From positions 186,001 through 250,000 of the forward strand of contig CAJNYD010000074.1 in NCBI GenBank assembly GCA_905331295.1: DNA of 64,000 nt, read 5' to 3'. This stretch comes from Rotaria socialis (Eukaryota). A program made the position numbers and the translations under genes. The stretch's first letter is position 1. Each line of letters begins with the position of its first letter. The notes below the pieces were generated by a model. The model was not told the DNA's origin, ran no database searches, and saw only the letters and a list, made by a program, of their open reading frames with translations. Of this stretch, positions 63,147 to 64,000 are shown piece after piece.

Positions 63147-63830
63147 CTGCTGTTGTTGTTGTTGAGATATGACAATCGGAATTGGAATAGATCCAATTAA
63201 ATTTGTAGTACGATTTGATCGTATAGGAGATTGTTGCTCAGTCTTATGAGTAAAAAATGATGGATATCGATGAATTATATCTTGAATAGTTTCTTCATAT
63301 CGTTCAAGTAATTGATGTTTATTTATTGAGACAGAATGATAATGTTGACCAACTGGTTGCTCAAGTAAACGTTGAAGAAATTCTTCAAGTAAAATTGAAT
63401 GTTCGTTATCTAAATATGATACAGTTAAGATTTAACTACGTGTGAATGACTTATTTTTAAAAACAACATACGTTCAAGTTTATCGAGTAATAAACACCAA
63501 ATACGTTGAATTTCTGATATATATACTCGATCATCGTCAGAACTGAGTTTAAGCTGCATTAAACATGGAAGAAATTGATGTATCATTATATCTAGACGAT
63601 AATCCGGAATAGTTTTAAAACGATTTAATACAAGATCGTTCCATTTCTATTAATAAAAATAAGTAACAATAAAAATGTTTTTTAATTTAAATATCTTACT
63701 TCAAAACATAATCTTCGTGTTTTGAATAAAACATGATTATCCATAGCACGCATTGGCAATAGATTTTGTTTTGACAGACGTAAATTATATTCACAAGCAA
63801 CACAAAAATATGTTATGGCTTCATCAAATC
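63009..63830 (-). CDS. 3' exons of a probable USP25/USP28-like deubiquitinase (partial)
   Basis: Exons encode FDEAITYFCVACEYN...RAMDNHVLFKTRRLCFE|KWND...IMIHQFLPCL...ISEIQRIWC...|EEFLQRLLE...LLERYEE, resembling the USP25/28 C-terminal helical region from memory. Stop TAG at 63009-63011. Upstream exons could not be resolved. Confidence 0.6.
63111..63164 (-). repeat. CAA/CAG repeat encoding ~18 glutamines
   Basis: ttg/ctg run, in frame with the last exon of the USP25/28-like gene. Confidence 0.85.
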
Positions 63831-64000
63831 TAAATTAATAAAAATCAATACTCACTACCAATTCAACAGCATCAATTTAGCTGAAAACCCTACCCGTACT
63901 ATGAAGCATTATTATACTAACATGAAATACATCAATTGAAAGATCATTAACGTACCGACTTTAACTATTTTTTCATGGATAGTTAATCGTAAATGAAGCG

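Noticed and set aside
62966..63196. Poly-Asn ORF in the ORF track
   Set aside because: Alternative frame of the poly-Gln exon; the Gln frame is continuous with upstream exons.

Overview
AT-rich, gene-dense eukaryotic DNA with many short (~50-60 nt) GT-AG introns and metazoan-type genes. The style is consistent with a bdelloid rotifer; this is an inference, not shown by the sequence. Genes in order: a Tubby-less TULP4-like gene (-), IQCK-like (+), SLC30A6/ZnT6 (-), SPPL3 (-), an orphan 4-TM gene (+), a tandem array of four secreted fibrinogen-domain (ficolin/tachylectin-like) genes (+; one pseudogene, one truncated by an assembly gap), a full-length ABCB1/P-glycoprotein (-), type I fatty acid synthase (+), condensin subunit CAP-H (+), GST-zeta (+), a two-domain phosphoethanolamine N-methyltransferase (+), an orphan His-rich gene (-) and the 3' end of a USP25/28-like gene (-). 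Highlights: (1) the lectin array shows binding-site variation and mosaicism, and one copy is inactivated by an 82-bp piggyBac-type MITE; (2) a three-level nested DNA-transposon stack with readable target-site duplications; (3) a PMT whose second domain has a degenerate SAM motif; (4) splice acceptors just upstream of many start codons, suggesting SL trans-splicing and a possible SPPL3-ZnT6 operon. Exon boundaries were read by eye and no database searches were run.
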